This document shows, piece by piece, positions 55,777 to 64,000 of a stretch of 64,000 nt of DNA. The stretch lies in assembly GCA_963743355.1 (NCBI GenBank), contig CAVUPM010000002.1:2631766-2695765 (forward strand), written 5' to 3'. Each line of letters begins with the position of its first letter. Position 1 is the first letter of the stretch. The notes under the pieces are model-generated. The model searched no databases, had not been told where the DNA came from, and worked only from the letters and a program-made list of their open reading frames with translations. The DNA comes from an uncultured Candidatus Rokubacteria bacterium. GTDB lineage: Bacteria; Methylomirabilota; Methylomirabilia; Rokubacteriales; CSP1-6. Position numbers and translations under genes: made by a program.

Positions 55777-57194
55777 ATGTTCAGCGTCAGCCGTGCCGCT
55801 CGTGCGCTGAAGTTCATCAACAACCTGTCCCACGTTAAGGGGACCGACGCTGGGAAGCCATTCAACCTGCGCCGCTGGCAGAAGCAGCCTCTGGTCAAGC
55901 TGTTCGGCGCGCTCAACCCAGACGGCACTCGGCAGTACCGCACCCTCTGGTTGGAGTTCCCACGGAAGAACGGCAAGAGCGAGCTGTGTGCCGCTCTCGC
56001 TCTTCTCATGCTGTGCGGTGACGGTGAGATGGGTGCCGAGGTCTACGGCGCAGCCAGCGACCAGGACCAGGCCAACCTCGTCTTCGACGTGGCGGCCCAG
56101 ATGGTCCGGAACGATGCCGAGCTCTCCGCGAAGCTGGACGTACTCGATGCCGCCAAGCGCATCATCCACAAGGCCAACGGCTCGTTCTACCGAGCCATCC
56201 CGGCGGATGCCGGCGGATCGCACGGCTTCAATGGTCGGCGATCATTTTCGACGAGCTGCACGTCTGGCTCACTCCCAAGCCAGGAAGTTGTACGAGACGC
56301 TGACGACCTCTACCGGTGCCCGTCGTCAGCCCCTGTCATCGTCATCACGACTGCCGGGTACGACCGCACCTCGATCTGCTGGGAGATGCACCAGTACGCA
56401 TTGGTGTGCGGGACGGGATGATCGAGGACCCGTCGTGTCTCCCGGTGATTTACGCCGCTCCTGAGGATGCTGACTGGACGGACGAGAAGGTCTGGGCTGC
56501 AGCCAATCCGGCTCTCGGCGACTTCCGTGGGATCGACGAGATGCGGACCTTCGCTCGTAAGGCCAAGGCGTACCGTCGCAGCAGAACACGTTCCGTCAGC
56601 TGTACCTGAACCAGTGGGTCGAGCAGGCGACTCGATGGCTGGACATGTTCGCCTGGAGGAAGTGCAAGGGCAACGTCAGCGAAGCCGATCTCGCCGGGCT
56701 GCCCTGCTTCGGTGGTCTCGACCTCGGCCAGTCTGACGATCTCTCCGCCTTCGTACGGCTGTGGTGCCACCCAGATGGGCGCAAGTTCGTCCGGGCTAAC
56801 TTCTGGATTCCGCAAGCCGCCATCGAGCGATTCAAGACCAGGCCGTACGACGCCTGGCGACGCTCGGGCTGGCTCACGGTTACCCAAGGCGACATCACGG
56901 ACTTCGACCAGGTGGAGGCAGAGGTCGCGAAGCTCTGCCACGAGTCCGGTGTCCGGCAGCTGGCCTACGACAAGAAGTTCGCGTCCCAGCTCGCTCTGCA
57001 CCTACAGGGTCAGGGGATCAAGATGGTCGACACTCCGCAAGGTTTCCAGTTGAACGAGAGCCCTGAACAACCTGTCGGATCTGGTCGTTGAGGGAAAGCT
57101 GGTCCACGACGGGAACCCGATCCTGGACTTCCATGCGTCGAATGCTGTCGTCCGCACTGGACAGAAAGGGGAGATCCGCTTGGACAAGGAATAG
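55777..57194 (+). pseudogene. Terminase large subunit with multiple frameshifts
   Basis: ATPase and nuclease motifs are spread over three frames: …KPFNLRRWQKQPLVKLFG…WLEFPRKNGKSELCAALALLML…, …IIFDELHVW…, …PLVIVITTAGYDRTSICWEMHQYA…, …DFRGIDEMRTFARKAKA…, …WLDMFAWRKCKGNV…GGLDLGQSDDLSAF…, …LVVEGKLVHDGNPILDFHASNAVV…. Confidence 0.75.
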
Positions 57195-57306
57195 ACCCAG
57201 GAAAAGATCGACGGTATCTCCGCCCTCGCGATGGCGAATGCCCGAGCCATCACGCTGCCTCGCCACGTCTGCGTACGAGCGTGGCGTCATGATTTTGGGC
57301 TAGCCG

Positions 57307-58946
57307 ATGAGCCTGCGCTCACGTCTCCTGCAACTCCGCGACTACTTCGGTCCCTTCATCCTCGGCACTCCTGCCGGGGACAAGGCCATCCGGCAGATGC
57401 TCGGCTCAGGTCCGACAGCACGGGCATCACCGTTACCGAGGAGCCGTCCCTGAACCTGTCGGCCGTGTGGGCAGCCGTGATCTGCATCGGCGGTGACCTT
57501 GGCACTCTCCCTCTGCACCACTACGCAAAGGTGGGAGCTGGCAAGGAGAAGCTCCACTCCACACTCGACTACGTGCTGCACGACGAGCCCAACCCGGACA
57601 TGACCTCCTCGGTCTTCCGGGAGACGATGATGGAGTACGCCCTTCTCTGGGGTAACGCGGTCGCAGAAATCGTATGGGATAACGCTGGTCGCCCCGCGCA
57701 GCTCTGGCCCATCGAGCCTTGGCGAGTACGTCCTGATCGCGTGAACGGACAGCTGGTCTTCAAGGTCACCCGTGCGAATGGCCCTGAGGACACTCTGCTC
57801 GCAGAAGACGTGATCCACGTTCCGAACCTCACGCGTAACGGGGTATGGGGCTCGGTCAGTCATCCAACACGCCCGCGAGAGCCTGGGTCTCGCCATGGCA
57901 ACGGAGAAGTTCGGAGCTACGTTCTTCGGCAACGGTTCCACGTTCGGCGGTGTCCTGTCCCACCCACAGGAGTTGAGCGACAAGGGTCGCGAGAACCTGC
58001 GGGGAGCAGTCGAGAATCTGCACCGAGGAGTCGAGCGGGCTCACAAGTTCCTGATTCTGGAGGCTGGCGGCGATTACAAGCCCCTGGGCATTCCGCCCGA
58101 GGCCGCACAGTTCCTCTCCACTCGCCAGTTCCAGGTCACGGAGATCGCGCGATGGTTCGGTATCCCGCCGCACAAGATCGCTGACCTCTCGCGTTCGTCG
58201 TTCTCCAACATCGAGCAAGAGAACGCGAGCTACGTGCAGCAGGCCCTCACCAGGTGGATCGTCCGCTGGGAGCAGGAGCTACGCAGCGCAAGCTCATCGG
58301 TCGGCTGGAACGCAACACGCAGACCATCGAGTTCAACCTGACCGCGCTGCTCCGGGGCGACACCACGACCGGTTCGCCTCGTACGCCATCGGCCGTCAGT
58401 GGGGCTTCTACTCGCCCAACGACGTCCGGGAGAAGGAAGGTCTGAACCTGCTCCCCAAGGAATCGGAGACCAGTACATCCCGACCAACATGCCGGCACGG
58501 AGTGGCATCCTCCGGCCCAGCAGCAGAAGCCCGAGGAGAAGGACCCGACGGAGGAGCAGAAGTCCCTGGACCTCGGCCTAGCAGCTCGGGCAGTCACGTC
58601 GGACATCGTCCGCAGGATGCTGAAGCGAGAGGCGGACAAGATCCAGTCGGCAGTGGCCGACCCCGACACCATGGTGGAGCGGGTTAGGGACTTCTACGGC
58701 AAGTTCGCCGACACGTTCCGCTCGGCCCTGCTTCCCGCCTGCCAGATGCACTGTGCCATGACGGGTGATTCTCGCGCGCCGATGGCTCTGGCCGATGAGC
58801 TTGTGGCTGCCCACATCGCCACGTCGAGGAGGGACCTGGAGCACTGTGCTCCGGACGAGGTCGCCGCTCTGGTCGAGAAGTGGCATATCGAACGGCTGAA
58901 TGTGATTCCCGACCTTCTGCAACGAGGGACGATCAATGGAGCGTGA
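57307..58946 (+). pseudogene. Phage portal protein (HK97-family-like) with several frameshifts
   Basis: …STGITVTEEPSLNLSAVWAAVICIGGDLGTLPLHHY…, …ATEKFGATFFGNGSTFGGVLSHPQELSDKGRENLRGAV…FLILEAGGDYKPLGIPPEAAQFLSTRQFQVTEIARWFGIPPHKI…, …SYAIGRQWGFYSPNDVREKEGLN… lie in different frames. Confidence 0.75.
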
Positions 58947-59514
58947 ACTTCGGTACCACACTGGCCTGGAGCTCCGAATCACCGGGGGCAAGACCCGGCT
59001 CGTGGGCTACGCGGCTGTCTTCAACAAGGACAGCCTCCCGTTTGGGGACGGGCTCTTCGTCGAGCGCATCGCTCCGGGGGCCTTCAAGCGCAGCCTGAAG
59101 GACAGCGACGTCCGCGCCTTCGACAGCCACGACCAGAGCAAGATCATCGGCCGAGAGTCGAACGGCACCCTGGCCGTCCGTGAGGACGAGAACGGTCTGC
59201 GGGTGGAGATCACTCCGCCCGACACTCAGGTCGGCCGTGACCTGCTGGAGAACGTTCGGTCCGGTCTGCTCGACGGCATGTCCATCGGCTTCACCATGAA
59301 GCCCGAAGACTACACCTTCGACTTCAAGCCGAAGCCAGCTGTTCGTCACATTCGCAACGTTGGTCTGGTGGAGGTCTCCGTGGTCGCCATCCCGGCGTTC
59401 CCAGACACCTCCGTCGCCCTCCGGTCCTACAGCGAGGCTCTGAAGCAACAGGGCCCGACGCTGGCCGACATGCTGGCGCGGCACGCGGCAAAGATCGCCG
59501 CCTGGAAGAAGTAA
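58936..59514 (+). CDS. HK97-family prohead protease
   Basis: 192 aa (…LRITGGKTRLVGYAAVFNKDS…FDSHDQSKIIGRE…GMSIGFT…VEVSVVAIPAFPDT…). Confidence 0.8.
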   Translation: MERELRYHTGLELRITGGKTRLVGYAAVFNKDSLPFGDGLFVERIAPGAFKRSLKDSDVRAFDSHDQSKIIGRESNGTLAVREDENGLRVEITPPDTQVGRDLLENVRSGLLDGMSIGFTMKPEDYTFDFKPKPAVRHIRNVGLVEVSVVAIPAFPDTSVALRSYSEALKQQGPTLADMLARHAAKIAAWKK

Positions 59515-59567
59515 CACCCTAGTCCATCCGATTGCCGGGACAGCCCCGGCGCTCAGGGAGAACGAAC

Positions 59568-59930
59568 ATGTCCTACGTCAGCAAGCGATTCGCAGTCGCC
59601 GATGTAACCCTGGTCACTCTTTTCACAACCACCCACCTGATCGTCTCCGGTGGTGTCGTCACCGATGACGGTGCTGCGGGCGACAAGGTCAACGTGACCG
59701 CCTGCAAGTACCTCTACGGCCGCTCGGCTCGCATCGCGCCAGCCGTGGTGGGTCTGACCGTGGTGGATACCCACAAGGTCTTCATCGACCCGGCCGACAA
59801 CACGATCAAGACCGCCGCCTCCTCGGCTGGGAAGGTTCCGCTCGCGGCATGCGCGGTGTCTGGCGGTACTGTGACCCCAACCGACGAGCGCCGTCTCCTC
59901 GCCACTGTGGTCGACGGCACCCCGGAGTAA
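59568..59930 (+). CDS. Hypothetical phage head-module protein (possible decoration/scaffold-like)
   Basis: 120 aa, lying between the protease and major capsid genes. Confidence 0.4.
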   Translation: MSYVSKRFAVADVTLVTLFTTTHLIVSGGVVTDDGAAGDKVNVTACKYLYGRSARIAPAVVGLTVVDTHKVFIDPADNTIKTAASSAGKVPLAACAVSGGTVTPTDERRLLATVVDGTPE

Positions 59931-60038
59931 GCACGCAACATTTGCCTGGGTTATCCCACGGCACTTCGCAGTCCCGCCCGTTATCGGTCGGCGCTGCTCA
60001 ACGCAGTCTGCAGCACCCAACCAAGAAGGATCACGTCC

Positions 60039-61340
60039 ATGATCAAGGAACTCATCGAGAAGCGCGCTCGTCTGGCCGAAGAGGCCAACGGCATCCTGAC
60101 CCGCTCGGCCAAGGAGAACCACGAGGTTCTGACCTCGGACGAGGAAACGAAGTTCAACGCCCTGCACGCCGAGATCGACGGTCTCACCAAGAGCATCGAG
60201 CTCCGTGAGAAGCAGGAGCAGATCGAGAAGCACCTGGCGCAGCCACAGGACCGCAAGACGTCGGCGACCCGGACCATGCAGGGTCACGTGCAGCGTGCCG
60301 CGCTGGAGCGGGAGCTGATCCTCCGGGGTTGGCTGCTCGGCGGTACGGACAAGCAGACGCAGGAGCAGCGCGATGCCGCCATCCGCGCGAACCTCGACCC
60401 TCGGGGCAAGTTCCTGACCTTCAACCTCTCCAAGAACCCGCTGGAGGTTCGCGCTGCGGGTGACAACCAGTCGGTGGCTGAGAACGCCGACGGTGGGTAC
60501 ACGGTCCCGAACGAGACGCACCGCTCCCTGGAGGACGCCCTGCTGTCGTTCGGTGGCGTGCGCCAGGTGGCCACCATCGTCCGCACGGACACGGGTGCCA
60601 ACCTGCCGTTCCCGACGTCGAACGACACGGACGAGAAGGGTGAGATCGTCGCGGAGAACGCGACCTTCGGAGCCCACGACGGCATCGTGTTCGGTCAGAT
60701 GGTGATGCACGCGTTCAAGTACAGCTCCAAGCCCGTCCTCGTCAGCGTCGAGCTGATGCAGGACTCGGCCGTCAACCTCCCCGCGTTCGTCGGTGCCAAG
60801 CTGGGCGAGCGCATCGGTCGGATCCAGAACGAGCACTTCACCACGGGTGCCGGGACGACCCTGCCCTTCGGCATCGTGGTCCGTTCCACGGCTGGTGTGA
60901 ACCACGCCGGCTCGGTCGGTGCAGGAATCGTGTACGACGACATCGTCGACCTGGAGCACTCGGTCGACGCTGCCTACCGCAATGGCGCCAGCTTCATGTT
61001 CCACGACGCCATGCTCGCTCGGCTGCGCAAGCTTCGTGACGACATCGGCCGTCCGCTGTGGCAGGCCGGTCTCGCCGTGGGTGCCCCGAACACGCTCAAC
61101 GGGTACCCCTACCAGATCAACAACGACATGACCGCCGCTGCCACCAACGGCAGCAAGGCCATGCTGTTCGGTGCTCTCAACAAGTACCAGGTCCGCGACG
61201 TGCGCGAGATCACCCTCGTGCGTCTGGACGAGCTGTTCGCCCTCTACGGTCAGGTGGCGTTCGTCGCCTGGTCGCGCGCGGACGGTGACCTGCTGGACGC
61301 CGGGACCAACCCGGTGAAGCATTTCGTGTATACGACCTAG
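60039..61340 (+). CDS. Major capsid protein, HK97 fold
   Basis: 433 aa with an N-terminal coiled-coil delta-domain-like region followed by the capsid body (…VELMQDSAVNLPAFVGAKLGERIGRIQNEHFTTGAGT…). Intact. Confidence 0.85.
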   Translation: MIKELIEKRARLAEEANGILTRSAKENHEVLTSDEETKFNALHAEIDGLTKSIELREKQEQIEKHLAQPQDRKTSATRTMQGHVQRAALERELILRGWLLGGTDKQTQEQRDAAIRANLDPRGKFLTFNLSKNPLEVRAAGDNQSVAENADGGYTVPNETHRSLEDALLSFGGVRQVATIVRTDTGANLPFPTSNDTDEKGEIVAENATFGAHDGIVFGQMVMHAFKYSSKPVLVSVELMQDSAVNLPAFVGAKLGERIGRIQNEHFTTGAGTTLPFGIVVRSTAGVNHAGSVGAGIVYDDIVDLEHSVDAAYRNGASFMFHDAMLARLRKLRDDIGRPLWQAGLAVGAPNTLNGYPYQINNDMTAAATNGSKAMLFGALNKYQVRDVREITLVRLDELFALYGQVAFVAWSRADGDLLDAGTNPVKHFVYTT

Positions 61341-61451
61341 TCGTAAGCCTCACCTCGGTCCTGGAGCCCATCGCCATGGTCGGGTCTCCTACGCCGATTC
61401 GCTCGCGCTGAAGGTCCAGGATAGGCGCGGGCTTCTTCACGAAAGGACACC

Positions 61452-62060
61452 ATGGGACGACTGGTCAGTGTGGTCGAACCGTCAGCCGAGCCTCTCACTC
61501 TCGAAGAGGTCAAGGCGCATCTGCGCATCGACCACGACGACGATGATGCTCTGCTCACGGGGTTCATCGAGACCGCACGTCTGCATCTCGACGGTGTCGA
61601 TGGCTTGCTAGGTCGCGCCCTCATGCCGCAGACCTGGAACCTGGTCATGGACTTCTTCCCTCTGCACCTGTGGCGACCATTTCCCATGCACCTGTCGGCC
61701 ATTCAGGTTCCGCTGCCTCCGCTGCTTGCGGTCAATAGCATCACGTACATCGACCCGGACGGAGTGGAGCAGACCTTCGCGGTGGAGAAGTACATCGTCG
61801 ACACCGCATCCGAGCCCGGCCTCATCTACCTGGCCCCTGGTGAGGTCTGGCCTGTTACTCGCTGCATCCCGAACGCGGTCACCATCGAGTTTGAATGTGG
61901 CTATTTCCTAGACGTGGATCAAGAGACGATCTTGGTCCCCCGGCCCATTCGCACTGCCTTGCTCGGCCTGATCGCCGACTACTACGAACACCGGGAGGCC
62001 GACGGCCCGACGCCCAAGTGGGTGCAGGCTCTGCTTGCTCCGTACAAGGTGCGGATGTAA
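61452..62060 (+). CDS. Head-tail connector / DNA-packaging protein (gp6-like)
   Basis: 202 aa (…LTLEEVKAHLRIDHDDDDALLTGFIETARLHLDGVDGLLGRALMPQTW…). Confidence 0.6.
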   Translation: MGRLVSVVEPSAEPLTLEEVKAHLRIDHDDDDALLTGFIETARLHLDGVDGLLGRALMPQTWNLVMDFFPLHLWRPFPMHLSAIQVPLPPLLAVNSITYIDPDGVEQTFAVEKYIVDTASEPGLIYLAPGEVWPVTRCIPNAVTIEFECGYFLDVDQETILVPRPIRTALLGLIADYYEHREADGPTPKWVQALLAPYKVRM

Positions 62061-62190
62061 TGGCCACCATGCCGGAGCTCGTCGTCAGCGTGAAGGTTAG
62101 GCTCTCGCTCTGGGGGGCCATCAAGCTCCGCATCGCTGGCCTCACTCTCGCGGAGGCCGAGCGTCTGAAGCTCCCACGGGACATCGACCG

Positions 62191-62529
62191 ATGAACCCCG
62201 GCGACCTGAAGGAGCGCATCACCCTTCAGCGCCTCAGCGACGCTCGTACCTGGACGGACTTGGGAACCAATCCCACGGTCTGGGCTTCAGTCGAGGCGAC
62301 CGGCGGCGAGAGCTACCGCATCCGCATTCGCTATCGTTCGGATCTGCGAGGAGCGAAGGATGCAACCCCGGCTCTGCGAGTCCTCTGGAAGGACCGCATC
62401 CTGGAAGTCAACGACGTCATCGCGAAGTCGAGTACCACCGCGAGATCAACCTCATCGCGGAACACAAGCTGATCGATGTCTCAGTTCTACCTGCTGGCGT
62501 GAAGCGGCGGAAGCCGTTCCCGGCCTAAT
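62191..62529 (+). pseudogene. Head-tail adaptor (Phage_H_T_join-like) with one frameshift near its 3' end
   Basis: MNPGDLKERITLQRLSDARTWTDLGTNPTVWASVEATGGESYRIRIRYRSDL…LWKDRILEVNDVIAKS, then the frame shifts into …REINLIAEHKLIDVSVLPAGVKRRKPFPA*. Confidence 0.55.
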
Positions 62530-62546
62530 CAAGGGAGCGTACCCAA

Positions 62547-63275
62547 ATGAGCGACGCGATTGTCACGAACGACTCCACCTTCCTGCGTGGTGACAGCGGC
62601 ACCGGCCCCGGGGCAGCCACCCAGACCGGGAGTACCGGCACCGGCGACGGCGCCATGGGTGCCATCACCGTCAGCTCCGGCGCCAAGGTCGGCGCCTACA
62701 CGCTGACCATCCTCTCCGAAGTGGCGAACGCCGGGGCCTTCAAGGTCACCGACCCGGACGGCATCATCATCGGCACCGGCAACGTCGCCGTTCCCTTCTC
62801 GGCTGGTGGTCTGGCCTTCACCCTCGCCGACGGCGCGAACGACTTCGACATCGGTGACACCCGCACCATCACGGTCACGTCGACCGAGGACGAGACCTTC
62901 GAGGAAGTTCCGGAGGTGTTCTCCATCAAGCCGGGCACTCCTTCGGCTCCGTCCATCGACGTCTCGCATCTCCGCTCAGCTCGGCGCGAGAAGCGTGGCG
63001 GTCTGCCCGACACCGGCACCATGTCGGTGACCATGAACTTCATCCCCGGCAACGCCGTGCAGGAAGCCATGGACGCCGAGCAGGGCAGCAACATCCCCCG
63101 CAACTACCGGATCATGTACCCCGGCTACGTCAGCGTGTCGGAACACCAGGGCGGGAAGCAGTTCTCGCTCGTGCTGACGTCCTTCGGACTCTCCGACATC
63201 GACCTGGACGGTCGCTACTCGGCTATCGCCACCTTCGAGGTGAACGACGTGCCGACGGAGATCAACCCGGTCTAG
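62547..63275 (+). CDS. Putative major tail protein
   Basis: 242 aa rich in Thr/Gly/Ser beta-strands. Assigned by position before the G/GT chaperone pair. Confidence 0.45.
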   Translation: MSDAIVTNDSTFLRGDSGTGPGAATQTGSTGTGDGAMGAITVSSGAKVGAYTLTILSEVANAGAFKVTDPDGIIIGTGNVAVPFSAGGLAFTLADGANDFDIGDTRTITVTSTEDETFEEVPEVFSIKPGTPSAPSIDVSHLRSARREKRGGLPDTGTMSVTMNFIPGNAVQEAMDAEQGSNIPRNYRIMYPGYVSVSEHQGGKQFSLVLTSFGLSDIDLDGRYSAIATFEVNDVPTEINPV

Positions 63276-63323
63276 CCCAGTACTCGCTGCTAGCAGGCCA
63301 GTTCCAACCAAGAGGAGAAGGTC

Positions 63324-63680
63324 ATGATTCTGAGTCGCGAGCAGATCCTGGGTGCACAAGACACTCAGCAAGAGACCGTACCCGTACCCGAGTGGGGCGG
63401 AGAGGTCATCGTTCGAGGTCTCACCGGTACCCAGCGGGATGCGTTCGAGGAGTCGATGTACACCGGCCGTGGGAAGGATCGGAAGGAGAACTTCGCCAAC
63501 CTCCGTGCCCGGCTCACCGTTCTCTGCATCGTCGGGGAGGATGGGAAGCCTCTGTTCTCTGTCAAGGACGTGGAGGCCCTCGGCAACAAGTCGGCTGCCG
63601 CCCTGGACCGTGTGTTCGAAGCTTGCCAGCGCCTCAGCGGCCTGGCCAAGAAGGACGTCGACGAGATCGCGGGAAACTAG
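63324..63680 (+). CDS. Tail assembly chaperone (gpG-like)
   Basis: 118 aa (…VPVPEWGGEVIVRGLTGTQRDAFEE…LTVLCIVGEDGKPLFSVKDVEALGNKSAAALDRVFEACQRLSGL…). It ends GCG GGA AAC TAG. Confidence 0.65.
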   Translation: MILSREQILGAQDTQQETVPVPEWGGEVIVRGLTGTQRDAFEESMYTGRGKDRKENFANLRARLTVLCIVGEDGKPLFSVKDVEALGNKSAAALDRVFEACQRLSGLAKKDVDEIAGN

Positions 63681-64000
63681 CCGGGCGAGCGGAGCGCCAG
63701 TACTACTTCGCCCTGGCCGAACGGCTGGGAATGACCGTCGCGGAGCTCCTCAGCCGGATCTCGTCCCGTGAGCTCACCGAGTGGATGCTGTACGACCAGC
63801 TTCAGGCGGAGAGAAACTCGATCCCGGCCTCCCCAGGACGCCACGTCTGCAGCCCCGCCGCCCGTGCCGGCTCCGGTAGCATCGGCTCCTGTAACGCCTC
63901 CTGCGGCGGTCTCAAAGGCTCCTACAGTCTTCCCGGTCCGGCGCTGGGCTCTCCCGACCTGATGACCGCACTCGACCCCGTCGCCCAGATGAACAAGTGG
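63671..64000 (+). CDS. GT-type extension of the tail assembly chaperone, reached by -1 frameshift at GGGAAAC; partial, continues beyond the window
   Basis: The -1 frame is open from the slippery heptamer to the window end (…AGRAERQYYFALAERLGMTVAELLSRISSRELTEWMLYDQLQAE…), which matches typical gpT segments. Confidence 0.5.

Larger units (their letters stand above)
51700..64000 (+). mobile_element. Prophage or prophage remnant (siphovirus-like, HK97-type head module); the right end lies beyond the window
   Basis: GC content drops abruptly. There is a co-linear late-gene module on the + strand (HNH, TerS, TerL, portal, protease, MCP, connector, adaptor, major tail, G/GT chaperone). No integrase is present at this end. 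Confidence 0.75.

Overview
This is a high-GC (roughly 70%) bacterial chromosomal segment of about 51.7 kb, followed by a lower-GC (roughly 60%) siphovirus-like prophage that runs from about 51.7 kb to the window end.

The host part contains, in order:
- the 3' portion of a group-4 hydrogenase-like (Hyf/Ehr-type) membrane complex operon (HyfB/C/E/F/G homologues), whose large-subunit homologue lacks the usual [NiFe]-ligating cysteines;
- a YciI/DGPF gene;
- an Fe3+/thiamine-type ABC importer operon (ATPase, SBP, fused permease) followed by a decayed SsuA-like SBP gene;
- an ECF42-like sigma factor;
- a long stretch of accessory redox and catabolic genes (TauD, DppA-like SBP, HpaB-like and LLM-type flavin monooxygenases, SDRs, amidohydrolase, PhyH, VOC, HMG-CoA lyase, CoA-transferase, MFS, acyl-CoA synthetase, YgiQ radical SAM, Rieske dioxygenase alpha/beta), most of them interrupted by one or more frameshifts;
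- apparently intact operons for class II FBP aldolase, a TetR-HlyD-double ABC ATPase-two ABC-2 permease efflux system (YbiH/YbhGFSR-like) and a Liv-type branched-chain amino acid ABC importer;
- a heptad-repeat coiled-coil gene built from perfect 42-bp tandem DNA repeats;
- a DUF222/HNH (REP13E12-like) gene, a RidA gene and an Uma2-family endonuclease gene.

At least six copies of a roughly 100-130 bp intergenic repeat family, centred on the palindrome GGGGGCCCCGAyATGGCCCCCC, are scattered through the host part, usually abutting gene ends.

The prophage carries HNH, TerS, TerL, portal, HK97 prohead protease, HK97-type major capsid, connector, adaptor, major tail and a G/GT tail chaperone with a canonical GGGAAAC -1 slippery site. 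It also carries an HU/IHF-like gene next to an array of GGGCCC-containing iteron-like repeats. The prophage abuts a 5'-truncated dioxygenase alpha-subunit gene.

All calls rest on reading the six-frame translations by eye; no database searches were run.
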